Positions 46,722-57,086 of a stretch of 64,000 bases of DNA are shown one piece after another. The position numbers and the translations under genes were made by a program. The notes under the pieces were generated by a model. It saw only the letters and a list, made by a program, of their open reading frames with translations. It did not search any database and was not told where the DNA came from. Position 1 is the stretch's first letter. Each line of letters starts with the position of its first letter. The stretch is taken from positions 32,001 through 96,000 of the forward strand of contig JAXMOL010000003.1 of assembly GCA_034669905.1 (NCBI GenBank), in the 5' to 3' direction. The stretch comes from Candidatus Hydrogenedentota bacterium. Lineage in GTDB: Bacteria > Hydrogenedentota > Hydrogenedentia > Hydrogenedentales > JAEUWI01.

Positions 46722-49547
46722 TCAGGCCAGGCGACTCGCCAGCAATTCCGCCATGTGGAGGGGTTCTCGGTCGCCCAGGTGGGTGATCTGATGGCGGCAA
46801 CTGGTGCCCGAGGCCACCAGCGTGGTGTCCGCTTCCAATTCGGCAACCTGCTTGAGCAAGGGGGCCGCCACCTGTTTGGATAGTTCGTACTTGGCTTCCA
46901 TGCTGCCAAAGGCACCGGCCATGCCGCAGCACCCGGTGTCCAGGAGGCGCACGTCATTCTGTGGAATGGCTGCTGCCACTTGCGTCATGGCACTGGCCTT
47001 GGTTAAGGCCTTGGCGTGGCAGTGGCCATGAATGGCCGTCTTCATGGGTTCGTCCCGGAAGGTCAGCGCATCGGGCTCCCGCTGCAGCAAGTCGGCCATG
47101 AAATGTTCAAAGAGTTGGCAGCGTGTGGCCACGTCTTCGGCACCGTCGATCCCCAGCTCGCGGTAGTCCTCGGCAAACATGGAGTAGCACGAGGGCTCGA
47201 GGAAAATGACGGGGGCCTCAGACTGGCCGAGCAAGGCGAGGTTCTTTTCGCCGAAAGTTCTTGCCAGATCCAGGCGGCCGGTGCTGAAGGCGGGGCGGCC
47301 GCAACAGGCCCGCTGGGTCAGGAGCTCTACGGTGAAGCCAGCGGCTTCCAGCACCTTGACGGCGGCCTTTCCAATATTGGGTTCGTTGTGGCGCACAAAG
47401 CAGTCATCCCAGAGATAGACGGTGCCACGCTCGCCGGGCACGGTGGGGCGGCTATGCTTCTGAAACCACACGTCGAAGCGTTCGAGGGCATAGGGGGGGA
47501 GCGGTCGTTCCAAGGCGAAGCCTGCGAAGCGAAGCAGGAGCTTCCGGACCCACAGCCACTTCATGGTGGCATTGGCCATTCGGGGCGTAAGACTGGCCAG
47601 GGTGCCAAGCAGATCGACCCGACTGATCATGCGCGTTGCAAGGGATACCCCAAACTTGCGCTGTCGGGCATGCAGCAATTCGGCCTTCAGCAAGGCCATA
47701 TTCACATTGGAGGGGCACTCGGTCGTGCAGGCCTTGCAGGAGAGACAATTGCTCAAGGCGCTTTCGAGGGATTCCGAAAGCAAGGGGTCCTGGTCGGCAT
47801 CCAGACGGCCTTCCAACACGGCGCGAATGGTGTTCGCCCGGCCGCGGGTCGCCATCACATCTTCGCCGGTGGCGAGGAAGGTGGGGCACATGGTGGGGGT
47901 GGGCTTACGGCAGCCGCCACAACCATTGCACTGCTCAAGGTTGCCCACGAAAGAGCCATCCTTTGCGGCGAACTTCAGTACCGGCGTGAAGGGAAGCTCG
48001 GTCATCTTGGAACCAGCCCCCTGGCGGAGGTTGGTGTCAATGGCATAGCGGTCGTCGGGGAAGAGCTTGCCCGGATTCATCACCGACTGGGGGTCGAAGT
48101 GGGCCTTGATCTGGCGCATGACGTCAATCAGCTCGGGGCCAATGTGTTCGTCCATGTACTCCGTGCGGGCAATGCCCACGCCGTGCTCGGCCGCCAATGC
48201 GCCCTTAAACTGGAGCGTCAGGGCGGAGACCCCATCGCAGAGACTGCGGAATTTCTTGATGTCGCCCGCGTCATGGAGATCGACGACGGGGCGCACGTGG
48301 AGCAGTCCGGAAGCGGCGTGTCCGTAGAAGGAGCCCACGAGGCCCATGGGCTCCATGAGGGACTGGAGTCCGGCGACATAGTCGGGCAATTTATCCGGCG
48401 GTACGGCCACGTCTTCAATGCCGGCCGTGGGCTTGGCGTCGCCTTTGCACCCCGTGAGCAGGGAAAGGCCCGACTTGCGCAGATTGAGAATGTGGGCCTG
48501 GTCAGCGGCGTCGCGACACATCCGCTTGCGGAGTCCCACGTTTTTCTTTTCGAGGGCGGCGAATTTGTCTTCCACGTCGCCATAGAACTCGACCAGCAAG
48601 ACGGACTTACAGGGCTTGTCGTCCAGCTCCAGGAAGTCGCGGGCTGCCTGAAACTGAAGCTGGCCCCGGGTCTGGTCGAAGAGGACATCGTCGATGTGTT
48701 CGATGGCCGCCGCACCCAGATCCAGCAGTTCGACCGTGGCCTGCATGGCTTCCATCACGGTGGCAAAGAAGATGAGCCCAATGCCCTTTTCTTCCGGCAG
48801 GGGAACCAGATCCAACTCGGCAGAGAAGACGGCCGCGAGGGTGCCCTCGGCCCCACCGAAGACCTTGGCAAAGTTGCCGCCAGAGCGCAAATAGCGATCC
48901 AGGCCATAGCCCGGCCAGCGTTTGATAATACCCGTGTGAAAGCGGGATTCGATTTCGCCGCGATGCCCTTCTATCAGGGCCTTCAATTCCGGGAAGGGTT
49001 CCGGAGCGTCGTCCCGGAGCCCTATGGTTTCCATGTGGCCATCGGGGTAGACCACATCGAGAGAGCGCACATGGTCAATGGTCGTGCCGTAAAGGGGCAC
49101 CCGCGCACCGGAGGAGTTGTTACCAATCATGCCGCCCAGGCTCGCCCGCGAGCTGGTGGCCACGTCGGGCCCAAAGGCCAGTCCATGGGGCTTGAGGAAG
49201 GCATTGAGTTCGTCCAGGACGACGCCTGCCCCCACCCGCACCGTGCGTGCGTCCACATTCAGCTCGCTGATGAGTTTGTTGTGGCGGGCCAGATCGACAA
49301 TGATGCCATCACCAATGGCGCCCCCGGCCAGCCCCGTCCCGGAACCCCGAGGGGTCACGGGAATACCCGCGTCGCGGAGGGCGGGAAGAAGGGTCGCCAC
49401 ATCTTCCATGCGTTTCGGAAAGGCCACGCCCTGGGGCACGATCTGATAGATCGATGCGTCGGTGGCATAGAGCTGACGGGTATGATCGTCAAAGCGAATT
49501 TCGCAGGAGGTGGCGTTTTCCAGGGACTGTTGCAGCGTCGTGGCCAT
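46722..49547 (-). CDS. FAD-linked, Fe-S-containing oxidoreductase (YdiJ / GlcD-GlcF fusion type)
   Basis: YATDASIY, PRGSGTGLAG, GGMIGNNSSG, GHAASGLLH, AEHGVG, CNGCGGC, CLSCKAC...CP, CCG motifs. Confidence 0.9.
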   Translation of the reverse strand: MATTLQQSLENATSCEIRFDDHTRQLYATDASIYQIVPQGVAFPKRMEDVATLLPALRDAGIPVTPRGSGTGLAGGAIGDGIIVDLARHNKLISELNVDARTVRVGAGVVLDELNAFLKPHGLAFGPDVATSSRASLGGMIGNNSSGARVPLYGTTIDHVRSLDVVYPDGHMETIGLRDDAPEPFPELKALIEGHRGEIESRFHTGIIKRWPGYGLDRYLRSGGNFAKVFGGAEGTLAAVFSAELDLVPLPEEKGIGLIFFATVMEAMQATVELLDLGAAAIEHIDDVLFDQTRGQLQFQAARDFLELDDKPCKSVLLVEFYGDVEDKFAALEKKNVGLRKRMCRDAADQAHILNLRKSGLSLLTGCKGDAKPTAGIEDVAVPPDKLPDYVAGLQSLMEPMGLVGSFYGHAASGLLHVRPVVDLHDAGDIKKFRSLCDGVSALTLQFKGALAAEHGVGIARTEYMDEHIGPELIDVMRQIKAHFDPQSVMNPGKLFPDDRYAIDTNLRQGAGSKMTELPFTPVLKFAAKDGSFVGNLEQCNGCGGCRKPTPTMCPTFLATGEDVMATRGRANTIRAVLEGRLDADQDPLLSESLESALSNCLSCKACTTECPSNVNMALLKAELLHARQRKFGVSLATRMISRVDLLGTLASLTPRMANATMKWLWVRKLLLRFAGFALERPLPPYALERFDVWFQKHSRPTVPGERGTVYLWDDCFVRHNEPNIGKAAVKVLEAAGFTVELLTQRACCGRPAFSTGRLDLARTFGEKNLALLGQSEAPVIFLEPSCYSMFAEDYRELGIDGAEDVATRCQLFEHFMADLLQREPDALTFRDEPMKTAIHGHCHAKALTKASAMTQVAAAIPQNDVRLLDTGCCGMAGAFGSMEAKYELSKQVAAPLLKQVAELEADTTLVASGTSCRHQITHLGDREPLHMAELLASRLA

Positions 49548-49751
49548 GGGTCTACTCTTGGGGTTACTTCGCGATTGGTGTGGGATAGGTCGGCCCGGTC
49601 GGGGCGAAACCACAGGGGCATATTGTACTATACGCGGACCGGCCGGTGGAATCTGAGGGGCGGTGATTGACGGCAATCGCAATTGAACTTGCTCAATTAC
49701 AGACAAGAACCGTCAGGTCGTGCCACGCGCGTCTCAATGGGTGGACCCTAT

Positions 49752-49887
49752 GGAGTGCGTCAGCTTGCGTGTCCTCGCAGGGAGTGAGCGTGCTCACGGC
49801 ATAGGCCGGGTAGGTGGAAACTCAATGCACGACCAGGGGTGGGGAGCAAGCTTTCGGGGGAAAAGCGGCAGCAAGCTGCTGCACTCC
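49752..49887. repeat. REP doublet (third family)
   Basis: GGAGTGCGTCAGCTTGC (49752-49768) inverted to GCAAGCTGCTGCACTCC (49871-49887), 15/17 match. Confidence 0.75.
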
Positions 49888-49938
49888 CGGGAGTCGTCAT
49901 ATCACACCGGGCTTCCCCGAAATTAAGTCACGTGCCAT

Positions 49939-49974
49939 AAAAAACAGGCAGCCCGTCGTAGAACGGACTGCCTG
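49939..49974 (-). terminator. Rho-independent terminator of the AGCS symporter gene
   Basis: CAGGCAGTCCGT...ACGGGCTGCCTG-TTTTTT on the minus strand. Confidence 0.8.
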
Positions 49975-49993
49975 CAGGTGGCGTTAATCGATG

Positions 49994-51547
49994 TTACCAG
50001 AGGGGTTTGATTTCTCCGGATTTCAGTCGTGCGATGTATTCCCGCTTCATTTTCTTGACCTTGGCGGAAAGGAAGACCATTCCGATGATGTTGGGGAAGG
50101 CCATCGACAAGAGCATCATGTCGGCGAAATCTACCACACTGTTCAGGCTGAGCATGGGGCCCACGATGGCGACCAGCACGTAGGCAATACGATAGGGGCC
50201 CACGGCCTTCTTACCAAAGAGGTATTCCACGGCCCGCTCACCATAATAGGACCAGGCGATTAGCGTGGAGTAGGCGAATACAAACACGGCGACAGCGAGG
50301 AACCAGCTGAAGTGGGGCGATAAGGTTTCGAAGGCGCGGGCGGTGATTTCCACGCCGTCTCCCGATTCGTCGCCCAGATGGGCACCCGTAATCAGAATGG
50401 CCAGGGCCGTCATGGTGCAGACGACGATGGTATCGATGAAGGGTCCCAACATGGCGACCAGGCCTTCACGCACGGGCTCTTTCGTCTTGGCCGCTGCGTG
50501 GGCGATAGCTGCTGAACCGAGGCCCGCTTCGTTGGAGAAGGCGGCCCGCTTCATGCCCTGGACCAGGACGCCGATGAAGCCACCAAAAGCGGCTTCGGGC
50601 GAAAAGGCCTGGGTGAAAATGCTGAGGAACATGGGCGGGACGGCGGTAATATTGGCCAGCACGATCAGGAGACAGACGGCCACATAGCCGAGACACATGG
50701 CCGGTACGAGCTTGGATGTCACATCACCGATACGCTTGATGCCGCCAATGATCACCACCCCGACGAGAATGGCCATAAGCACGCCGAAAATGGGCTTAAA
50801 GATGGGGAGGTCTTCCAGGCCCGCAATGCGGGAAATGACCGAATAGGTCTGGTTGGTCTGGAACATGTTGCCGCCACCAAAGGAGGCAAAAATGGTCAGC
50901 ACCGCGAAGAGGGGACTGAAAATGGCCCCGAGCCATGCCAGGCTGGGAACCTGTTCGGCGATGCCCTTTTTGAGATAGACCATGGGGCCGCCCATGACGT
51001 GGCCGTCTTCGTCCACTTCGCGGTAGGTCTGGGCGAGGGTGCAGGAGGAAAACTTCATGCTCATGCCGAAGAAGGCGGTGAGCCACATCCAGAAAATAGC
51101 GCCCGGGCCACCGGCCGTAATCGCCAGCGCCACACCGGCGATGTTTCCCAGACCGACGGTGGCGGCCAGCGCCGAGGTAAGGGCCTTAAAGTGCGAGATT
51201 TCCCCCGGGTCGTTGGGGTCGTCATAACGGCCACGGACCACGTCAATGGCATGACGAAACATGCGGACATTGATGTAGCGGTAGCGGGTACTGAAGAAGA
51301 TGCCGCCGGAGACCAGCACCACGATGATCATCGGCACTCCAAAGACATCAAAAAACAGTACGGGGGCCAGGATATTGCCAACAATCCAGCCGAAAACAGC
51401 GTCAATCTGCTGCTGAATATCGACCGTCTTAGTGGCGGCCTCTTCCATAGCGTCTTGCGCCTGTGCGGAAGTATGCATGGCCATAAGAAGGAGTGGGGCG
51501 ATCCATCCTCTTTTACACAACCCTAACCAAGCGATGGGTTTTCTCAT
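49994..51547 (-). CDS. Alanine/glycine:cation symporter (AGCS family)
   Basis: ALAATVGLGNIAGVA, GGPGAIFWMW, GGPMVYL, FSNEAGLGSAAIAH, FIDTIVVCTMT, WSYYG. Confidence 0.95.
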   Translation of the reverse strand: MRKPIAWLGLCKRGWIAPLLLMAMHTSAQAQDAMEEAATKTVDIQQQIDAVFGWIVGNILAPVLFFDVFGVPMIIVVLVSGGIFFSTRYRYINVRMFRHAIDVVRGRYDDPNDPGEISHFKALTSALAATVGLGNIAGVALAITAGGPGAIFWMWLTAFFGMSMKFSSCTLAQTYREVDEDGHVMGGPMVYLKKGIAEQVPSLAWLGAIFSPLFAVLTIFASFGGGNMFQTNQTYSVISRIAGLEDLPIFKPIFGVLMAILVGVVIIGGIKRIGDVTSKLVPAMCLGYVAVCLLIVLANITAVPPMFLSIFTQAFSPEAAFGGFIGVLVQGMKRAAFSNEAGLGSAAIAHAAAKTKEPVREGLVAMLGPFIDTIVVCTMTALAILITGAHLGDESGDGVEITARAFETLSPHFSWFLAVAVFVFAYSTLIAWSYYGERAVEYLFGKKAVGPYRIAYVLVAIVGPMLSLNSVVDFADMMLLSMAFPNIIGMVFLSAKVKKMKREYIARLKSGEIKPLW

Positions 51548-51719
51548 TAAGTGAATTCCTTCAGTAGACTACGTTTTGACGCGCTTCCCCGACCACCGGT
51601 AGTCATAGACTGCCGCTAATAAACGCACCACACACTGCCACGGTTATAACGTGGTCCGAACCAACGAATCAAGGTGAGGCCCGGTCTCCCCGAAGCATGA
51701 CCTGGCCCGAACAGGAGGG

Positions 51720-51748
51720 TTGACGGACCGCCCAAGTTGTACTATACT
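51720..51748 (+). promoter_or_regulatory. sigma70-type promoter for the 64-aa ORF
   Basis: TTGACG, 17-bp spacer, TATACT. Confidence 0.7.
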
Positions 51749-51867
51749 CACTAATCAGGGTTTTCTTTTTTCTCGGAGTAACCGATTAGAAGCCTCCCAG
51801 CACGTTCCCATACGTAATTCATTGCAGACGCCCTCATGAAGTCCCCGAACTGCTGGAGAATTTAATC

Positions 51868-52062
51868 GTGGCCGTGTTTAAATTTAGCGCATATACTGCA
51901 GGCAAAGAAGATGAAGACCACTATGAGAAAGGAACCGTAGTCGCACGTGACCAGGCTGATGCCATGGAGAAACTGCGTCGGGAGCGATTTACCCGGATTA
52001 AACTGAAACAAATGCGCGGCGTAAAGGCACTGCTCCATCAATTTACCGCAGATGTCCGATAG
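51868..52062 (+). CDS. Small protein resembling the N-terminal domain of PilC/GspF
   Basis: MAVFKFSAY..GK.....KGTVVARDQADAMEKLRRERF; GGAGA RBS; own promoter. Confidence 0.65.
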   Translation: MAVFKFSAYTAGKEDEDHYEKGTVVARDQADAMEKLRRERFTRIKLKQMRGVKALLHQFTADVR

Positions 52063-52150
52063 CAAACGGGGGGCTCCCTCGTTCGCCAGACCCGCAGAGG
52101 CCACTGCTGTGCCTCGTTAACCCCCTTTATCGCCCTGGAGACGGACCCCT

Positions 52151-52927
52151 TCAGCGATTGCGGGCCGCCCGGTGTTCCACCAGGGCGACCGCGAGCACAT
52201 CGACCGATCGGGCCTTGGCCCGCATGAGTGCCCGGGCACATTCGATCACCGTCCCTCCAGATGTGACCACATCGTCGATGAGCAAGACCCGTTGACCTTC
52301 GAAGGCCCCGCCCACTGCGGCAAAGGCCCCCCGCACATTTTCTGCCCGTTTCGCGCCCGCCAGTTTGCTCTGCGTCCGGGTGGGCCGAATACGTTTCAGG
52401 TCCTCACACAAGCATGCGTGGGGAAAGGTGGATTCACAGGCGCGGGCCAGCAAGGTGGATTGGTTAAATCCCCGCTCGCGCCGTCGCACGGGGTGCAGGG
52501 GCACGGGAACGAGTAAATCGTAGGTGTTAAGGTCCATCCAGGCGGCGGCAAATTGGGTCATGGCTTCTCCCAGCGGACCCGCCAGTCGGTACTTGTCCTC
52601 AAATTTCAGGGCCTGAATGGCATCGGCGATGATGCCCTCGTACAGGGCGGTCCCGTAGATGCGGCCGATGGGGTCGGGCGGGGTATCCCGACAATCGCTG
52701 CACAAGAAATTTCTCCGATTGCCCAGGCCCACCATGGCGGTGTGGGGGCGTCCGCAACGGGGACACCAGGGCGGCTCAATGGGCTCGGCGAGCTCCCAGC
52801 AGGTGGGGCAGAAATACCCGTTTTCTTCGGTCAGGAGACGCATCCGACAGGAACGGCAGAATATCGGAAAGAACAGGTTTTTCGCCGCGAGGCGCCAGGG
52901 GGCAGTGGTCGTGTTTGTATCCAACAA
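52151..52927 (-). CDS. comF: ComF family protein (double zinc ribbon + phosphoribosyltransferase)
   Basis: CRSC, CPTC, CPRCG, CSDC; PVPLH...RGFNQS; LIDDVVTSGGT. Confidence 0.9.
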   Translation of the reverse strand: MLDTNTTTAPWRLAAKNLFFPIFCRSCRMRLLTEENGYFCPTCWELAEPIEPPWCPRCGRPHTAMVGLGNRRNFLCSDCRDTPPDPIGRIYGTALYEGIIADAIQALKFEDKYRLAGPLGEAMTQFAAAWMDLNTYDLLVPVPLHPVRRRERGFNQSTLLARACESTFPHACLCEDLKRIRPTRTQSKLAGAKRAENVRGAFAAVGGAFEGQRVLLIDDVVTSGGTVIECARALMRAKARSVDVLAVALVEHRAARNR

Positions 52928-52948
52928 CAGTCTCCCGGTCGCGGCCGA

Positions 52949-55900
52949 TCAGGTGGATGGGGAACTCGCCCGCATAAGGCGGTGGCACACGTCGACCAAC
53001 TCTTTCTTGTCGATAGGCTTGGAGACGTAGTCATTGCACCCCGCATCCATGCAGCGCTTCCGATCTTCAGCCATGGCATGGGCCGTGAGCGCGACAATAG
53101 GCAGGGTGGCGCCTTCCCGTCGCAGGGTACTCGCCAGCGTATAGCCATCCATTACGGGCATCTGCATATCGGTGACCAGCAGGTCGTAGGGGGTCCCGTT
53201 TTCGTCGGCCGCCTGAATGGCCGCCAGGGCTTCCGCACCGTTCATCGCCATGGTCACCGTGGCACCGGCGTGTTTCAGGTGAAAAGCAATCAGACGTTGA
53301 TTTACGACGTTGTCTTCGGCCACCAGTATGTGGGCGGGGAGTTGGCGCGACGCGTCCGCCTCGTCCGGGGAGCGCGTCTCGGTTTTCGTGTGGGTCTCGA
53401 TGAGGTCTTTGACAAGCGGGGTATCCGGGGGAAAGCGAAGCGGCAACTTGAAAATGAAACGGGAACCTTTGCCCTCTTCGCTCCAGTCCAACCACACATC
53501 CCCCCCCATCAGATTGCTCAGGCGCCGACTGATAATGAGGCCGAGTCCTGTGCCGCCGTGTCTTCGGGTAGCGGAGTTGTCTGCCTGATTGAAGGGCATG
53601 AAGAGCGATTCGGCTTGCTCCCGTGTCATGCCAGGGCCCGTATCCTGAATAATAAAGTGCAAGCAGGGTTCCGTGTCCGAATCATGAGATTCGATGAGGA
53701 CGGTTACGTTGCCTTCTTCGGTGAACTTGGTGGCGTTGCCCACCAGATTCATGAGTATCTGGCGTACCCGGGTCGGATCACTCAGAATGGTCTTGGGAAT
53801 AGGAGTCTTGACCACGGTTTCCAGCGCGACGCCCCGCTCGGCCGCACGCATACGCATCAGGCTGTCGATTTCGATCAACACGCCGGGCAGACTGAATGCG
53901 ACGTCTTCGACCTGCATTTTTCCGGCTTCGATTTTTGATAGATCGAGGATGTCGTTGATGACCACGAGCAAGTGATTGCCGGCCCGTCGTATCGTGTCGA
54001 CGGCTTCTGAGCGCGGCGTGGTTTTCGGTGAATCTGTGGTGTCTTCGGATAGAATATCCGCGTAACCCAGAATGGCCGTCAGGGGAGTGCGAATTTCATG
54101 ACTCATGTTGGCCAGAAACTCACTCTTGGACCGGTTGGCGGCATCGGCAGCGAGCCGGGCTTCATCGAGTTTTTCCAAGGCCGCCGTCAGCGAAGCATTT
54201 TTTTCTTCAAGCGCCCGTTCCAAGGCTTTGTCGGCGGTAATGTCCTGGGTGAACATCATAATGCCGGCGACCTTGTTGTGGGTGTCGTACCAGGGGCGTA
54301 CTTCCCATCGCAGTACCTGATCGGCATCCCAGCCGAGCGGGCGCCAGATATCCATATCACAGCGCTCCGTCGCTCCCGCCAGACATCGGGTGTGAATGTC
54401 CCGCCAGCGCTGAGAGCAATTGGGAAAGACGTCATAGTGGGAGCGCCCGATGATTTGTTGTCCTTCTAACTGATAGTCCACGTACCACCGTTCGCTTGCG
54501 GCCTGGTAGATCATATTGCGGTCCAGCATGGCGACGGCGGCCGGTGCGTGACGCACAAAGGCTGCGAGGCGGGTGCGCTCAGCGGCCAGCAATTGTTCCA
54601 TGGTGACCTGCTCAGTGATATCGAAAATGGCGCCGTCGAGGCACCATGCGGGCCGCTTGTCTTTGCGGGAGGCCTGCCCCTTCTCGCGGACCCAGCGTAT
54701 CTCGCCGCTGGCGTGGACGATGCGATACTCGATCGTGTAGGGCCTGTCGGCCGCTACGGCGGCGCCCACCTCGTCGGCCACCATTTTCCGGTCTTCGGGA
54801 TGAATGACGCTGTCGTAGCTGCGGGTCTTATTGTGCACGAAATCGGAAGCCGGATAGCCACTCAGGGATTCGATGGCGTCACTGATAAAGAGCATGGTCC
54901 AATGGGTATCCAGCAGGCAACGGTAGGAAACGCCGGGGATGTTGTTGACCAGCGAGCGAAACTGTGATTCATTGGCGACCAGTTCGACCCGGCGCAAGCG
55001 GTTTACACTGATGGTCCACATCAGGCCGGCGGACAGCAGGAGCAACACCCCAACCCCAGCGGGAAGTCCGGCGCTTACCACCCGGTCGAGCACGGCCTCA
55101 TGATTGACCCAGTCGCTGTCGATGGCCACAAGAATCTGGATCCCCCCGCCATCAACCGTCTCGAATCCGCCCATGCGAAAGAGGCCAATGTACTGATCGA
55201 TTCGTTGGGTCACCGTGTAACGCGCCCCGGCGCTGACGAGGGGCTCGACGAGGGACGCCAATTCTTCCGTGGGAAAAGGCGCTATCGCGTTATTGGCATT
55301 GATGGATTCATCAAAATAGTGCCCATCATCGGTGACAAAATACATGCTGCCCCGTCCCCCGGCGATCGTGTGGTCCTTCGCAAGGTCGGTGATGCGATCA
55401 AATCGGATGCGAATGCTGACGACGCCGACCTGTTGTCCGGTCTCCGGGTCATAGAAGGGGGCCGAATGGGCGACCGAGAGGCCGGACGAATCGAAGAGTG
55501 CGGGGGTGATATCACACGATGTCTGAAACTCGAGGGCTTCCTCTCGGTGGTCATTGTTGACGCACTGACGCACGACGGCCGTTTGCGAATAATCCCGTTC
55601 CATGACCTTGGCGATGCGAAAAGGGGCAATGGGGCTGCCGTCGGCATAGTGGGTGTTGATCGCCCGGATCTCCCCCTCCGCATTGAAAAGGGCAATGGCA
55701 TCGATCTCGGTTGCGTCCCGGATGGCGTCATTGCACAGGGTCCGCAGGGCTTCGACATCGTCCTGCTGCATCGCACGGATGATGTCCGGATTGGAGGCGA
55801 GCAGTCGGGTCCGTTCCATCGCGGGGGCGACAGTGCGCTCAATGCTCCTGGAAAGTTGGGTGCCCCCGTCCAGCAGCGCCTGGGCCGCGGCGGTACGGTC

Positions 55901-56098
55901 GCCCAGGGGATTGGCCATGGAACCCTGGTATTGGTAGATGGCATGGCCCACGAGCACCAGCCCCGCAAGGGCAACGAGCAGTGCCGCTGTCCGGGTGAAG
56001 AGGACGAGGCGATCCCGATGTTCAGGTACGGAGCGTGCCCCTGCTCCTGCGCCAACGAGTCCCCGCTCGCTTCCTTCAATGTCTTCCGACCGTGTCAT
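52949..56098 (-). CDS. Hybrid sensor histidine kinase (periplasmic Cache-like domain, 2 PAS, HisKA, HATPase, REC)
   Basis: Two TMs flanking a periplasmic domain; IHPEDR PAS; FLANMSHEIRTPL; GGTGLGL; VTDMQMP. Confidence 0.9.
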   Translation of the reverse strand: MTRSEDIEGSERGLVGAGAGARSVPEHRDRLVLFTRTAALLVALAGLVLVGHAIYQYQGSMANPLGDRTAAAQALLDGGTQLSRSIERTVAPAMERTRLLASNPDIIRAMQQDDVEALRTLCNDAIRDATEIDAIALFNAEGEIRAINTHYADGSPIAPFRIAKVMERDYSQTAVVRQCVNNDHREEALEFQTSCDITPALFDSSGLSVAHSAPFYDPETGQQVGVVSIRIRFDRITDLAKDHTIAGGRGSMYFVTDDGHYFDESINANNAIAPFPTEELASLVEPLVSAGARYTVTQRIDQYIGLFRMGGFETVDGGGIQILVAIDSDWVNHEAVLDRVVSAGLPAGVGVLLLLSAGLMWTISVNRLRRVELVANESQFRSLVNNIPGVSYRCLLDTHWTMLFISDAIESLSGYPASDFVHNKTRSYDSVIHPEDRKMVADEVGAAVAADRPYTIEYRIVHASGEIRWVREKGQASRKDKRPAWCLDGAIFDITEQVTMEQLLAAERTRLAAFVRHAPAAVAMLDRNMIYQAASERWYVDYQLEGQQIIGRSHYDVFPNCSQRWRDIHTRCLAGATERCDMDIWRPLGWDADQVLRWEVRPWYDTHNKVAGIMMFTQDITADKALERALEEKNASLTAALEKLDEARLAADAANRSKSEFLANMSHEIRTPLTAILGYADILSEDTTDSPKTTPRSEAVDTIRRAGNHLLVVINDILDLSKIEAGKMQVEDVAFSLPGVLIEIDSLMRMRAAERGVALETVVKTPIPKTILSDPTRVRQILMNLVGNATKFTEEGNVTVLIESHDSDTEPCLHFIIQDTGPGMTREQAESLFMPFNQADNSATRRHGGTGLGLIISRRLSNLMGGDVWLDWSEEGKGSRFIFKLPLRFPPDTPLVKDLIETHTKTETRSPDEADASRQLPAHILVAEDNVVNQRLIAFHLKHAGATVTMAMNGAEALAAIQAADENGTPYDLLVTDMQMPVMDGYTLASTLRREGATLPIVALTAHAMAEDRKRCMDAGCNDYVSKPIDKKELVDVCHRLMRASSPST

Positions 56099-56288
56099 AG
56101 GATGGAACCCGCCTGCCGAGATGTATCCGGTAAGAGCCGCTAAGAATCATATAATAGCATGATCGCAGAACTTCAGGGGTACGTCAACTGGTTAGGGGGC
56201 GGCGGTACCCATCGATGGGATAGGGGCCGTGGTGCAGGGGCGAGCTCACTCCGATTGGACCGGGGTGAGGAAGAGCGCGCCAGGGAAG

Positions 56289-57086
56289 TTATTGGCTCAA
56301 GAATCCGGTCAACGGGGAAGAGGCTTCGGCGGTGTGGCGTTCCGGGCCCAGGCCAGCCACATAGGCAAGGCGGCCAGCTTCGGTGGCCAGGGCAAAGGCC
56401 CTCGCCATGGGGCCGTGATCGCGGGCGTCGGCCAGGGCTGTATTGACGAGGACCGCGTCGGCGCCCATTTCCATGGCCTCGGCGGCATGGGAGGGGGCGC
56501 CCAGTCCGGCATCCACCACGACGGGCACGTTGCTTTGCTCGATGATGATGCGGATCATTTCTTTCGTCTTAATGCCCCGATTACTGCCAATGGGGGCCCC
56601 GAGGGGCATGACCGTGGCGGTACCGGCCTCTTCCAGCCGCTTGGCGAGGATGGGGTCGGCCTGAATGTACGGCAGCACCACAAACCCCTCTTTGACGAGG
56701 CGCTCGGCCGCGTGCAGGGTCTCGATGGGGTCGGGGAGCAAATAGCGGGGTTCGGGGGTCAGCTCAAGCTTGACCCAGGGCTCCAGCCCGGCAGCCCGGG
56801 CCAACTTGGCCAGGCGCACCGCTTCGTCGGCCGTCCGTGCGCCACTGGTGTTGGGCAGGATAAGCTGGGTCTTGGGATCCAGGGCGGACATGATGCCTTC
56901 TTCATCGGGCTTGCTGAGATCGACGCGGCGGAGTGCGACCGTAATGATCTCGGAATTGGAGCCTGCGATGGACTCGCGCAGTGCCTGTGCCGACGGGAAT
57001 TTCCCCGTGCCAATCATAAGGCGTGAGGTGAAGCTGCGGCCGGCGATGATGAGGGGATCGGCGGTGGAGGGGGTAGCGTTTGTCAT
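56289..57086 (-). CDS. thiG: Thiazole synthase
   Basis: [54 protein letters not shown]. Confidence 0.96.
   Translation of the reverse strand: MTNATPSTADPLIIAGRSFTSRLMIGTGKFPSAQALRESIAGSNSEIITVALRRVDLSKPDEEGIMSALDPKTQLILPNTSGARTADEAVRLAKLARAAGLEPWVKLELTPEPRYLLPDPIETLHAAERLVKEGFVVLPYIQADPILAKRLEEAGTATVMPLGAPIGSNRGIKTKEMIRIIIEQSNVPVVVDAGLGAPSHAAEAMEMGADAVLVNTALADARDHGPMARAFALATEAGRLAYVAGLGPERHTAEASSPLTGFLSQ

Noticed and set aside
47016..49670. 884-aa plus-strand ORF, and similar long ORFs at 2389-3966, 6726-8105, 18676-20070, 20860-22608, 25396-27420 and 33895-35589
   Set aside because: All are antisense to well-supported genes and have shadow-like composition.
51548..51720. Glycine riboswitch expected upstream of the AGCS symporter
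   Set aside because: No tandem GGAGA...CCGAAG...CTCTCAGG aptamer core on the minus strand.
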